From positions 74,214,001 through 74,278,000 of the forward strand of contig OX597831.1 in the NCBI GenBank assembly GCA_951406725.2: DNA of 64,000 nt, written 5' to 3'. The notes under the pieces are model-generated. The model saw nothing but the letters and a program-made list of their open reading frames with translations. It had not been told where the DNA came from and ran no database searches. Below, piece by piece: positions 1 to 13,477 of the stretch. The translations under genes were made by a program, and so were the position numbers. The stretch is from Octopus vulgaris. Lineage: Eukaryota. The number at the start of each line of letters is the position of its first letter. Within the stretch, counting starts at the first letter, position 1.

Positions 1-1
1 C

Positions 2-625
2 TTAAGCATTGTTTTTAACGATGTTATAACTAAAGTCAACTTTTTGGATATTTCCCTTAACTTATATAATGATTCATATTTCCCATACCATAAACCCTCA
101 ACTAATTTAAAATATATTAACTCCTTCAGTAATCACTCAAAGGCTATTACAAAGAATTTAGTTAGGAATATTTCACTTAGACTTTCTAGATTATCTGCTG
201 ATGTTGATATCTTCAACGGTAAAGCTGAATTTTATAACTCTGCCTCACTTAAAGCAGGCTATAAAGAAAACATTACCTATATTAACCATATTGACATTAT
301 TTCTACCTCTATTAATCAGGATATGAAATCAAGTCATAACGATATTAACAATATTAATATTATATCGAATAACACTAAATCGAGTAATGTAATTCTGCAG
401 CGTAAGGGAGATAACCGTTATTTAAGACCCTTTTTTCGTTATAAAGGTACATCAAGGACTTTTAAAGATAATTACCCTAATAACAAGGTATGTCCTAGCA
501 AAACTGTTTGCTTAATAATTCCATATGGTAAGCAGATCAAATCCAATCTCCCTTACCAGTTTCGTGAAGCTATAGAAAAGAATTTCCCAAGAAATTCAAG
601 ATACTATTCGAAAAAAACTTGCTAG
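2..625 (+). mobile_element. Penelope-like retroelement, RT C-terminal/thumb-linker fragment (truncated before the GIY-YIG domain)
   Basis: Frame open from the window edge: LSIVFNDVITKVNFLDISLNLYNDSYFPYHKP..YINSFSNHSKAITKNLVRNISLRLSRLS..LKAGY, matching PLE FLD..Y.KP..SNHP motifs. A hammerhead follows on the same strand. Confidence 0.85.
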
Positions 626-695
626 CGTTCCCTTCATCCTATACGCAGTCATCACATTCTGTTAAAATGTCATATTGATGTGATTGGTTTCTTTC

Positions 696-781
696 CTTCC
701 CTGATGAGAAGATTGCATTGTTTTACACCATTTTATTCCTTCTGGAATAATACCAATGTTTTCTTCGAAACATGTCGGAAG
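696..781 (+). ncRNA. Type I minimal hammerhead ribozyme, intact core, long stem II
   Basis: Stem I cttcc(696-700)/ggaag(777-781); CUGAUGA 701-707; stem II gaaga..cattg/caatg..tcttc; GAAA 767-770; palindromic stem III ACAUGU; GUC cleavage triplet ending 776. Confidence 0.85.
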
Positions 782-1014
782 TAAAAAGATTTGAATAACA
801 CCTGCGTTTAACTCCATTTATCTATTTATTTATCTACATGATACAAAAGCATTTCACCTAAACCTGGACTTTCTACCTTTATAAGTAGGTTGTTACATCC
901 TTGGTACTTGTGTGAATTTTTGCTACCCTGGTAACTATTTATTTTTTCCGTGTTATTTGTAAACATTGGAAAAAATACACATACATTTATATGTATATAC
1001 ATATACATACATAC

Positions 1015-1067
<53 letters not shown>

Positions 1068-1094
1068 TTCGTAGGCGTGTAATTTATTATTATT

Positions 1095-1402
1095 GAGTAA
1101 GTATCTTCTACTTTGGCCTCGGGCTGACCAAAGACTTATGTGTAGATTTGGTAGACGGAAACTGAAAGAAGACCGTTATATACACTTTTACTCTTTTACT
1201 TGTTTCAGTCATTTGACTGCGCCCATGCTGGAGCACCGCCTTTTAGTCGAGCAAATCGACCCCAGGACTTATTCTTTGCAAGCCTAGTACTTATTCCATC
1301 GGTCTCTTTTGCCGAACCGCTAAGTTACGGGGACGTAAACACACCAGCATCGGTTGTCGAGCGATGGTTGGGGGACAAAAACAGACACACAAACACATTG
1401 AT

Positions 1403-1485
<83 letters not shown>

Positions 1486-1673
1486 ATTCATATATACGAC
1501 GGGCTTCTTTCAGTTTCCGTCTACCAAATCCACTCACAAGGCTTTGGACGGCCCGAGGCTATAGTAGAAGACACTTGCCCAAGGTGCCACGCAGTGGGAC
1601 TGAACCCGGAACCATGTGGTTCGTAACAACTACTTACCACACAGCCACTCCTATATATATATATATATATACG

Positions 1674-1705
<32 letters not shown>

Positions 1706-1850
1706 TACGTATATATGTGTATGTGTGTCTGCGTTTGCCCCCCCCCATCGCTTGACAACAGATGTTGGTGTGTTTACGTCCCCGTCACTTAGCGGTACGG
1801 CCAAAAGACCGATAGAATAAATACAGGGCTTCTTACAAAGAATAAGTGCT
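1095..1850 (+). mobile_element. Older SINE family A copy split by a nested insertion
   Basis: 5' part 1095-1175 (..ttggtagacggaaactgaaagaag) and 3' part ~1715-1850 (gtgtctgcgtttgccc..caaagaataag) flank an opposite-strand copy. Confidence 0.7.
1185..1652 (-). mobile_element. tRNA-derived SINE family A (CORE-like domain, internal TA/TG microsatellite)
   Basis: A box tggctgtgtgg, B box gggttcagtccc, CORE-like ccttgggcaagtg, tail cagtcaaatgactgaaacaagtaaaaga; more than 10 copies in the window. Confidence 0.9.
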
Positions 1851-2159
1851 GGCCCTTTACAAAGGTTTGAGCCCAGTATTTTTGTTACTGTGTTGTGGAC
1901 TTGTTGTTATTGTGGTAGTTATTGTTGTTCTAATGATGTTGTTGATGATGATTATGTTCATTAATCCTGGCTTAGTCGTCCTGATGATGAAGATCTGTGA
2001 GCAAAAGTATTGCATCCAGCCATGGCCACCACATCTTAGTGTTTCTAAGTCTGTCTCATCTAAAGTATCCTTCTTATTTAAAAGATAGCTGGACGCGATT
2101 TGAGAGAGACTGAACTGTTATTTCTAACCGGTCGAGCAACCCCTTAGCTCACACATGAG

Positions 2160-2626
2160 ATGGAGTGTAAAGGGAACGGTGGGGGTGGATGGTGTGTGGT
2201 GGGTGGTGGATGTGGGAAGGAGGTGTGTTTGTAGGGGTGGTGGGAGGGAGGTGATATGTGGTTAGTGAGAAGGATGTTGAGATGGCGGGGGTGTTGGCAG
2301 AGTGGCGGTTAGTGTGTTGGTAGGGGTGGTGTTGGCAGTTTGTTTATGCCTAGAATCAGTCTTTGGAGTGATAGGTTTGTGCAATGTTCCAGTTTTTGTG
2401 GTTGTTGTTGTTGTGGTCGTTGTATTGGTATTTAGGAAACAATACTGATTATGACAGCAGTTTAAGTGATAATGTTGGTGTTGTGGTTGTTGTTGTTGGG
2501 TGGTGGTGGTGGTGGTGGTGGTGGTGGTGGTTGATAATGATAGGAGCGATAAAGATGGACGTAATTGTGTTGTGATCATGATGATGACGACGACGACGAC
2601 GACGATGAAAACGACTGTGACGACAT

Positions 2627-2699
<73 letters not shown>

Positions 2700-2747
2700 G
2701 ATGATGATGATGATGATGATGGTGGTGGGTGGTGGTGGTGGTGGTGG

Positions 2748-2793
<46 letters not shown>

Positions 2794-3250
2794 GGTGGTG
2801 ATGATGATGATGATGATGATGATGATGGTGGTAGTGATGACAATCATGGAGATGATGATGTGGATGTTAATGATAGCGTTGTGGGGATGCTGCTGCTGAT
2901 GATGATGATGCTGCTGATGCTGATGCTGATGGTGATGGTGATGATGAAGATGATAGTGGAGAGGTTATGATGATGATGATCATGATGATGATCATGAGGA
3001 TGATGATGATGATGATGACGATGCCAGAAAAACAAGGGCAGTGATGGAAGTGAAATAATTGCGTTTGTTGAACGGAGAGTGATGATTATGGTAATTTAAT
3101 CTTATTGGTGAAATGGTGGTTGTGGTGGTGGTGGTGGGTGTCTATGGTGATTTTGTTGGTGGTGGTGGCGATGGCGATTATGGTGGAGGTAACAGAGGTG
3201 TGGTGATGGTAGGGCTGTTGGTGATTCAAAGAGGCGGTGCGGTGATGACA
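2160..3250. repeat. Compound trinucleotide microsatellite field (GGT/GAT/GAC/GTT)
   Basis: Directly visible tandem triplets; source of the poly-D/H/M/V ORFs. Confidence 0.95.
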
Positions 3251-3509
3251 ATAGAATTGGTGATTGTGGCAGGGAATAGTATTGATGTGGACATAAATTG
3301 AATGAGCAAGAGATAGGAGTGGGGAGTGGAGCTATAGAGGAACAAAGAGAGAGAGAGAGAGAGGGGGGAGAGAGAGAGACAGAGAGAAAGGGATGGAGAT
3401 GAGAGACGAGTAGAGAGAAGTTGGGATGAGAAAGAAAAGGCAAAGAGAGTGGAGTGAAAGAGAAAATAGGCGAGAGAGTCATTGATACAATTGATAAAAT
3501 ATAGAGGTA

Positions 3510-3553
<44 letters not shown>

Positions 3554-3765
3554 TACATATATACATACATATACACATATATATATATACATATATGTAT
3601 ACATATACACACACATATATATACATACACACTTACATATATAGACAGATAGATAAATAAATAGATAGATAGATAGATAAACGGATAGAGATAGATATAT
3701 GCATATATTTATATGACAAACATAGAGGCGATCACCAAATACTGTAACATAATGAAAGAAAGAGA

Positions 3766-3797
<32 letters not shown>

Positions 3798-3855
3798 AAA
3801 GAGAATGGAAACAGAAAAATAGAGAAAAGAGAGTAAAGGGACAATAAAGTAGTAA

Positions 3856-4090
<235 letters not shown>

Positions 4091-4220
4091 AATGTATGTT
4101 ACTATATTTTAATTTAGGTGACAGAATCAGAATGATAATGTTAATAAATTAATAAACAGGAAGTGAAATACAGATCACGGTGTTGAATCACAGTTCCTTC
4201 ATCTATCTTCATAAAAAGCA

Positions 4221-4262
4221 AGGTCGACTAGTTTCGGTTTTTATCAAAACTTCGTCAGACTT
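4221..4262 (-). ncRNA. Degenerate minimal hammerhead motif
   Basis: Minus strand reads aagt CUGACGA agtttt gata aaaacc GAAA cua GUC gacct. Core is intact; stem I is out of register by one base. Confidence 0.6.
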
Positions 4263-4594
4263 AGCATATTTTCTCCCAGATGCCGAAACAGAGTTTAGTA
4301 ACGCTACTTATTGGAATTGTTACTAAGGTCACGGCCACGACGATGAGATTTACATGGCGTGGCTAAACTCTTATATTTCTTACACATTTGGTTGTGATTT
4401 TGTTATATGCCCTTACATTTTCCATATATGGTATTATATTGCCGCTTTGTTGTTATGAATGAATGTGAGTCCTGGTGAAGCTTTAGTGTAAGCCAGGACA
4501 AGTCTAACTTCTCTTTTTGTCTTGGTCGTTGAGTGCACCGTAAACTAAACACCTGATGTATTTCCCACATGAGTTTAAATACATGTTATTTGAA

Positions 4595-4825
4595 AGCGGC
4601 GAGCTGGCAGAACCGTTAGCATCCCGGGCGAAATGCGTACCCGTATTTTGTCTGCCGTTGCGTTCTGAGTTCAAGTTCCGCCGAGGTCGACTTTGCCTTT
4701 CATCCTTTCGGGGTCGATAAATTAAGTACCAGTTACGCACCGGGGTCGATGTAATCGGCTTGATTCGTTTGTCCGTCCTTGTTTGTCCCCTCTGTGTGTA
4801 GCCCCTTGTGGGTAGTAAAGAAACA
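4595..4825 (+). mobile_element. tRNA-derived SINE family B, tail type 1
   Basis: Head gcggcgagctggcagaa..gagttcaagttcc, central cctttcatcctttcggggtcgataaattaagtaccag, tail gtgggtagtaaagaaa; TSD gttatttgaa at 4585-4594 and 4826-4835. Confidence 0.9.
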
Positions 4826-4935
4826 GTTATTTGAATATACGGTCGTAATTAAGTTTGCAAATTCAATATTAAATACTCCGTCACGGCACCTCATTTCATA
4901 TAAACCAACACCCCACTCACACACACACATATACA

Positions 4936-4986
<51 letters not shown>

Positions 4987-5169
4987 TTTCGGTGCGAATG
5001 GTTTTTTTTTATATGGCGCCGAGTTTACAATCCTGTAAATAACAATATTGGCATTTTTATATAAGCTTAAAGCTTATGGCGATCACCGTACAATTACTAA
5101 GGAAAATAGTCTAATAAAGGGGCATATAAACCCTCAAAAGAAAAAGGAAGGCTTTCCTATCCGCGTGGG

Positions 5170-5214
<45 letters not shown>

Positions 5215-5245
5215 CAAAATAAGCAACAAGGATATCCAGAGGTAA

Positions 5246-5332
5246 TGCAGTACGATCGTTTCATGCAACTCCATTTAACTGAACAATGAAATCATTGCAT
5301 CAATTTAAAATACAGAGCAATCTTCAGCTGCA
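5246..5332 (-). ncRNA. Type I hammerhead ribozyme, intact core, long stem II
   Basis: Minus strand: tgcag CUGAAGA [ttgc..58 nt foldback..gcat] GAAA cgatc GUA ctgca; perfect 5-bp stem I; palindromic stem III ACGAUCGU. Confidence 0.8.
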
Positions 5333-5505
5333 CAAAGACATAGAATTTAATTAAATTAGATTAGAACATGTGAGAGTGTGTGTTTGTGTGTGTGTGAGTG
5401 TGTGTGTGTGTGTGTTTGTGTGTGTAAGTGGGGTATAGGTATATGTTCTATATATAATTAATTGCCTACATTTACCTCTCTCACACGCTTGCACTCACAG
5501 AAACG

Positions 5506-5800
5506 TATGCCTTGCGAATGAATAGGGTAGACGGAAACTGAAAGAAGCCCGTCATATATATATGTATGCTTCTATGTGTGTCTTTGTGTCTTTGTGTCTG
5601 CGCTTGTCCCCCACCACTCGACAATCGGAGTTGGTGTGATTATGTATTCTTAACTTCGGCAAAAGAGAGTGATAAAATAAGTACTAGGCTTTAAAAAAAT
5701 TAAGTCCTGGGTCGGTTTCTTCGACTAACACGTTTGAAGGCGGTGCTCCAGCATGGCCGCAGTCTAATGACTAAAAGCAAGCAAAAGATCGAAGATAAGA
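5506..5800 (+). mobile_element. SINE family A, diverged 5'-truncated copy
   Basis: gtagacggaaactgaaagaagcccgtc..gcggtgctccagcatggccgcagtc. Confidence 0.85.
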
Positions 5801-6267
5801 GACATCTGTTACTGTAATATCAACACTAAGCGTTGTTTAGGTATAAACGAACTTCAGGTTTGTTAAAATATATATTTGCGACCCATTTCAACTGTTGAAG
5901 GCAAATTCACAACATTTACCGCGGAGATAGAAGATTCTCTTCTATGGTAAAAGGTGTAAAAACACCGTATCTACCCACTGCTGCCCCCTACTGGATAACC
6001 TAGCGCAACTTTTCTAGCTCTTTAGCCGTTGTCAATTGAGTCAATGTTGTTGGCCGGCTTTAAACCTGCTGAGAGTTACCTCGTTCCGGGTGTTTCCTCC
6101 TGATAACTACAGACGCATACGAGGTCCGTGCTGCTCTTTCCAGGAAACCTATTGACCACCACATAGTTGCTATTTCTTTGGTTCAGAACACATCTGTGTT
6201 TCGAACTTCCGACAAACACAAAGTCATTGTTGCTGTGACCACATTGCTGTTCTGTCATTGGCTCATC

Positions 6268-6371
<104 letters not shown>

Positions 6372-6621
6372 TTCACACTACGAACAAGACATGGCTGTCC
6401 ACTGTAGTGTTTACAATATCAAAGAGATACGATGATTATTGGGTTTTTATTTGCTCATTATGGCCGTCTAATGGTCCATTTCCGTTGCAATCACTGCCAG
6501 CGCCCAACACACCACAATTATAAAGCAATTGTAACAGTGGCAGCAGCAGTAATACCAGCAGCAGCAGCAGCAGTAGCAGCAGCAACAGCAACAGCAGAAC
6601 CTAAGAAATAATGCTGACATT

Positions 6622-6623
<2 letters not shown>

Positions 6624-6703
<80 letters not shown>

Positions 6704-6826
6704 TGTCTGTTTGCCTATCCATGCATGTATGTATGTATGTATATATGTATGTATGTATGTATATATGTATGTATGTATGTATTTTGTTTGTGTTTGTATG
6801 TATGTATGTATGTATGTATGTATGTA

Positions 6827-6861
<35 letters not shown>

Positions 6862-6882
6862 ATGTATGTATGTATGTATGTA

Positions 6883-6913
<31 letters not shown>

Positions 6914-7206
6914 ATGTATGTATGTATGTATGTATGTATATATGTATGTATGTATGCATGCATGTATGTATATATGTATGTATGTATGCATGCATGTATG
7001 CGTGTATGTATGTATGTATGTATGCATGCATGTATGTATGTGTGTATATATGTATGTATGTATGTATGCATGCATGCATGCATGTATGTATGTATGTATG
7101 TCTGTTTGCCTATCCATGTATGTATGTATGTATGTATGTGTGTATGTATGTATGTATGTATGTATGTATTTGTGTATGTATGTATGCATGCATGTATGTA
7201 TGTATG

Positions 7207-7240
<34 letters not shown>
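6624..7240. repeat. (CT)n plus (TATG)n microsatellite field
   Basis: Directly visible. Confidence 0.95.
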
Positions 7241-7292
7241 TCGGTCTGTTATTTGCCTATCCATCTTCCCTTATGCGAGTGCTATATATATA

Positions 7293-7480
7293 TATTTCTT
7301 AATTGCTCACAGAGGGCTAAACACAGAGGGGACAAAGAAAAGGATTAAGTTGGTACTTATTTAATCGATCCCGAAAGGATGAAAGGCAAAGTCGACCTCG
7401 GCGGAATTTGAACTCACAACGTAGCGGCAGACGAAATACCGCTGAGCATTTCGCCCGGCGTGCTAACGTTTCCACCAGCT
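7293..7480 (-). mobile_element. SINE family B (internally deleted)
   Basis: Reverse complement matches the family B body and tail 1. Confidence 0.85.
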
Positions 7481-7630
7481 GAGTGGACAAACGAAAAGAA
7501 AAAGGCACTCAACACATTCAGTATGAGTAATGTGTACTACTGTTGAAAACAATTTGATTCGGTTTATGCGACTTAAAGTTTCGCAGGCTTCTGTATAAGT
7601 TGCATTGAGCCGAATCGAACAATGATGAGT

Positions 7631-7691
<61 letters not shown>

Positions 7692-8228
7692 AACTTAGTG
7701 GTTAAGAAATAAACATCAAAATTAGGCAAACAACTTTATATAATCCCCATATATTCATACCGTGAAACATAAATAAGCACATATTGAAATACCAAGGCGT
7801 CCAGCACATAAAACCCGAAGTGACAAGAATATACATATATATATAAATATATATATATATACACATATAAAAACGTGTGAAAAACCTGTAAAGAACGATG
7901 CGTAGGAAAGTGTAAGAAGAAAGTACATGAAGAAAATATGAACGCCTTGGTATTTGAATATGTATTTATTTCTGTTCAACAGTGCGAATGTAGGCGGAAG
8001 ACGTAAAGTTGTTTGCCTCATCCTGATCCTTAAATCCTTAAAAATGTTTTAGCCCGAATGCCGCGGCCATTTTTTGCAACTCTCAGTTTGTCTTTTGCCT
8101 CTTCTTTTCCCCCTTGATTACTTCTATTTGCAGCCTTATATTTATTTTATCTTTCGATTCCTACAAGGAGAAACGAAATTTAAAAATTATATATCTTGTT
8201 GCTTATATATATATATATATATATATAC

Positions 8229-8285
<57 letters not shown>

Positions 8286-8290
8286 CATAC

Positions 8291-8321
<31 letters not shown>

Positions 8322-8385
8322 CACACATATATATACATACATGCATACATACATACATACATACATACATACATACATACATACA

Positions 8386-8416
<31 letters not shown>

Positions 8417-8419
8417 GTG

Positions 8420-8451
<32 letters not shown>

Positions 8452-8476
8452 TGTGTGTATATATATATATATATAA

Positions 8477-8881
8477 GGCGCAGGCGTGGTAAGAAGCTGG
8501 CTTCTCAGCCACATGCTTCCCGGTTCAGTCCCACTGCATGGCACCTTGGGCAAGTGTCTTCTACTATAGCCTCGGGCCGACCAAAGCCTTGAGTGGATTT
8601 GGTAGATGGAAATTGAAAGAAACCTGTCGTATGTATACACATACATGTATATATATAAATATATGTATATATGTGTGTCTGTGTTTGTCCCTCCACCATC
8701 GCTTGACAACAGATGTTAGTGTGTGTACGTGCCCGTAACTTAGCGGTTCGGCACAACAGACCGATAGAGTTAACTACCAGGCTTACAAAGAAGTCCTGGG
8801 GTCATTTGCCTGACAAAAAAGCGGTGCTCCAGCATGACCGCAGTCAAATGACTGAAACAATTACAGAATAAAAAAATAAAA

Positions 8882-8884
<3 letters not shown>
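8477..8884 (+). mobile_element. SINE family A
   Basis: Head ggcgcaggcgtggtaag through tail cagtcaaatgactgaaac. Confidence 0.9.
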
Positions 8885-8931
<47 letters not shown>

Positions 8932-9461
8932 GTGAGTGAAATTAGAGGTTATAGCAAACGTCTAAAGGACACTAGTATCCAATGAATTACTGGTATCTTA
9001 CCTGAATGTGATTATGAGTATTAGTACTGATGCTTATAAATGATAAGCATGGAGAGGAATAAACCGAAGTTTATATTTAAGAGAAAAAAAAAGAAAATGG
9101 ACATAAAATTGATAATTGATAAATATCAATTATCATTTATTGATTATAAAAAAGACATTATCTCATTTGACAGCTGTTTTTGTTGACGCTATTTAGGGCA
9201 TTATCAGGTTTAATTATTACTCTTTAATTATTCTTTAATTATAAAGAAAATATATACCAATTGATGTTACATGCCATCCCCTTTCGACCGACTGTATTTA
9301 TACATTCTCTGCGATATTATTTTGATCGTAAAACACGTGGTTGAGATGAAGAAATTTGATTTCACTAGTGTATGCATGCAAATGTATGTATATAGTCGTG
9401 TAGATATATGTTGTTCGTGTGGGTATGTATAAATATTTGCATTTATATGCTTTGAGCATAT

Positions 9462-9514
9462 TGTACTGATGACAGCAAGGGATCTTACAACCCTAAGCCA
9501 GAAATCGATCTACA
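9462..9514 (+). ncRNA. Minimal hammerhead motif with decayed stem II
   Basis: tgta CUGAUGA cagc.aggg..ccct..gcca GAAA ucg AUC taca; stem I tgta/taca; palindromic stem III AUCGAU. Confidence 0.7.
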
Positions 9515-9614
9515 CTTTACCATTACAAAAAAATCTTGTTCATTTCTTCATCTGGCCGCTTACAACTTGTGCTAACGGAGGGAAGGTGTGGTTTTAAGAG
9601 CCATCTTCTATTTC

Positions 9615-9750
9615 TAATTCCGCTGAGGTCGACTTTAACTTTCATCGTTTCAGGGTCAGAAAATTAAGTACCAGTTGAATACTGGGGTCGATGTAATGGA
9701 CTGGCCCATGCCTCCAAAATTTCAGCCTCGTGCCTATAGCAGAAATGATT
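9615..9750 (+). mobile_element. SINE family B fragment, tail type 2
   Basis: gaggtcgacttt..taagtaccagttgaatactggggtcgat..tgcctatagcagaa. Confidence 0.75.
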
Positions 9751-9787
9751 ATAACTTGGCGTATAACAAATATTTATACACATACAC

Positions 9788-10222
9788 ATGTATGTATGTA
9801 TGTATGTATGCATGTATGTATGTATGTATGTATGTATGCATGTATGTATGTATGTATGTATGTATGTATGTATGTATGCATGCATGTATGTATGTATGTA
9901 TGTATGTATGTATGTATGTATGTATGTATGTATGCATGTATGCATGTATGTATGTATGTATGTATGTATGTATGTATGTATGTATGTATGTATGTATGTA
10001 TGTATGTATGTATGTATGTATGTATGTATGTATGTATGTATGTATGTATGTATGTATGTATGTATGTATGTATGTATGTATGTATGTATGTATGTATGCA
10101 TGTATGTATGTATGTATGTATGCATGTATGTATGTATGTATGTATGTATGTATGTATGCATGTATGTATGTATGTATGTATGTATGTATGTATGTATGTA
10201 TGTATGTATGTATGTATGTATA
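9788..10222. repeat. Long (TATG)n microsatellite
   Basis: Directly visible. Confidence 0.95.
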
Positions 10223-10509
10223 TGTGCGTGTGTGTATGTATGTGTATTCGTATGTGTGCGTGTAGCAATGAGTACCTGTCTAGGAAACAGGTATTGCTTG
10301 AGATGGCTAAGTTTGTGTGTATGTGTGTGTGTGAGTGAATACACGCGAGGTCATTTGTATCAGTGTGTTGAGTATTTTTTCTTCTCCTTTTTTTTTTTTT
10401 GAAGAGAGAATTATTTTGAGAATTTTGAATTTCGCCGTGTTTAACCGAAAATTTTATTGCTCTTCACGATGCAAGCGAAAAATCGGAGTCCATAGTTTCG
10501 TACAATACC

Positions 10510-10741
10510 TATTTCTTTACTATCCACAAGGGGCTAAACACAGAGGAGATAAACAAGGACAGACAGACGGATCAAATCGATTACTTTGACCCCAGTGCGT
10601 AACTGGTACTTAATTTATCGACACCGAAAGGATGAAATGCAAAGTCGACCTCGGCGGAATTTGAACTCAGAACGTAACGGCAGACGAAATACAGCTAAGC
10701 ATTTCGCCCAGCGTGCTAACGTTTCTGCCAGCCCGCCGCCT
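10510..10741 (-). mobile_element. SINE family B, tail 1
   Basis: Full copy with gtacaatacc duplicated on both flanks. Confidence 0.9.
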
Positions 10742-11132
10742 TATTTTTGTACAATACCGCAAGCGGCACGGTACAGATAGGAGAATCGAGGTAATGATCC
10801 AAAAGCCTGAAGAAACCGATGTTGCCATACAAGTGACTTCCAACAAGTGTTTCCATGGGCAAACAAACCCTGCCCCTTCGAAACGAAACCCTCACATTTC
10901 AATAAACGCCATCACGTCCATTAAACCTATTTCTTTTCCACATAAACCTTGCCCTACTCCTCCACCTCCTACACATACACATTATCTATTTACTGCACTC
11001 AAACACTTAAATTTCTCTTCCGTTCGAGATTCACAACACCCAACCTACGCTTCCTCACGTGATCTGTGTCACAACCCCGAACCAAGCCACCATTCTTTAG
11101 TCCTGGTTATCAATCACTCATCCTTACATGTT

Positions 11133-11351
11133 TCTCTTTCTCTTTTTTTACTTGTTTCAGTCATTTGACTGCGGCCATGCTGGAGCACTGCCTTTAATCG
11201 AGCAACTCGACCCCGGCACTTATTCTTTGTAAGCCCAGTACTTATTCTATCGGTCTCTTTTGCCGAACCGCTAAGTGACGGGGACATAAACACACCAGCA
11301 CCGGTTGTCAAGCAATGCTAGGGGGACAAACACAGACACACAAACACATAC

Positions 11352-11382
<31 letters not shown>

Positions 11383-11539
11383 CGACAGGCTTCTTTCAGT
11401 TTCCGTCTACCAAATCCACTCACAAGGCATTGGTCGGCCCGAGGCTATAGTAGAAGACACTTGACCGAGATGCCACGCAGTGGGACTGAACCCGGAACCA
11501 TGTGGTCGGTAAACAAGCTACTTACCACACAGCCACTCC
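11133..11539 (-). mobile_element. SINE family A
   Basis: Near-identical to the copies at 31335, 37703, 49479 and 62080. Confidence 0.9.
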
Positions 11540-12809
11540 AATCTTCACGAAACCACATTTTTCAACCACATTATCATCCGCCATTTTGCCTATTCCATAG
11601 CCCCGGGCCAGGGGTCGTCCAGATAGATATAAAATCGAATAAAGTTTAAAAACCGAATAATAAAATTAAAATGTCGCGGGGTTACTCAGGAAATTGTGTG
11701 GGGTTATACGGTTATGTGTCCCCCACCGCACACAGATACGCAGATACACGCAGAGAAATCAAGTAATAGATAAATGTGTACATGCGTGCGTGTGTGTGTG
11801 TGTGTATCATATATATGTACACACACAAACACACACACATATACGTGCTTATATTCTGCCTGTACATACGTGTTAGTAAATTATATGTATTCACAGACAC
11901 ACACGCACGCACGCACACAAAGATTCACTCACACACACACATACACACACTCACACACACACACACACACACAAAGACTCACTCACACACACACACTCAC
12001 ACACACACACACTCACACATACTCACACACACACATACACTCACACACACACACAAAGACTCACTCACACACACACACACATATTCACACACACTCACAC
12101 ACACACACGCACACACACACACCAATCCATATATTGTGAGAGCTGTGAGTCGCAACAGATTGAATCATCGTCGAACGGCGAATAAATAAACTTTTGCATG
12201 GATTGAATGAGTAAGAATTTCTTTTTCAATTTTTGTATGTGTTTGCTTTTCTTGATATTTGTATATGTGTGTAGGTTTTGCATACATATACATATGTCTA
12301 TGTGTGTGTGCGTGTGTGTGTGTGTAGATATATGTATGTGTGTGGGGCGTGTGTTTAAGCGAAGATAAAGTCATTATATTGAGTTGTAAATCGGCAACAG
12401 CGACAAATATATATTAAAGTACATCTTGATTCTACGCATACACACACACACACACGCACACACACACACGCATACACATATACACACAGGCACACACGCA
12501 CACACACGGGCACACACTCAGGCACACACACACGCATACACACACACAGCACACACACACAGAGGCACACGCACACACACATGCACACACACAGAAGCAC
12601 ACACACACACATGCACACACACATACACACACACACATACGCACATATATATATATATATATACAGACACACACATACACACACACAGACATGCTCATTG
12701 GTGTGTATCAACGACTGAGCGTTACCAGCGTTGACCATTTTATACCAAAGAAAGAATTATTACCATTATTTACGACCGTTGCTTCGTAGAATTATTCATG
12801 ATTATTGAA

Positions 12810-13311
12810 ATGCTGTTGTTGTTGCTGTTGTTGTTGTTGTTGATAGTAACTGTTATTGCTCTTGTAATTACTGCGCGCACTCTTCTGGATACTGCACTTA
12901 TTACTATTATTATTATTGTTGTTGTTGTTGTTGTTGCTGTTGTTATTGTTTTTGTTGCTGTTGATGTTGTTGTTGTCATTGTTGCTGCTACTGCTGATGT
13001 TGTTATTGTTGCTCTTCTTCTTCTTCTTCTTCTTCTTCTTCTTCTTCTTCTTCTTCTTCTTCTTCTTCTTCTTCTTCTTCTTCTTCTTCTCGCTATTCCA
13101 GATATTGTTTCACTCTTTATTCATTTGTCTGTCACAATTCGCCAGAAGAAGAATAAGAAGGAGGAGGAGGAGGAGGAGGAGGAGAAGAAGAAGAGGGGGA
13201 AGAAGAAGAGGAGGAAGAAGAAGAAGAAGAAAGAAGAAGAAGAAGAAGAAGCAGGAGGAGGACGAGGAGAAGAAGAAGAAGAAGAAAAAGAAGAAGAAGA
13301 AGAAGAAAAAG

Positions 13312-13343
<32 letters not shown>

Positions 13344-13363
13344 GAAAAAGAAGGATGATGATG

Positions 13364-13437
<74 letters not shown>

Positions 13438-13477
13438 AAGAAGAAGAAGAAGAAGAAGAAGAAGAAGAAGAAGAAGA
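12810..13477. repeat. Compound triplet microsatellites (GTT, CTT, GAG, GAA, TAA)
   Basis: Directly visible. Confidence 0.95.
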
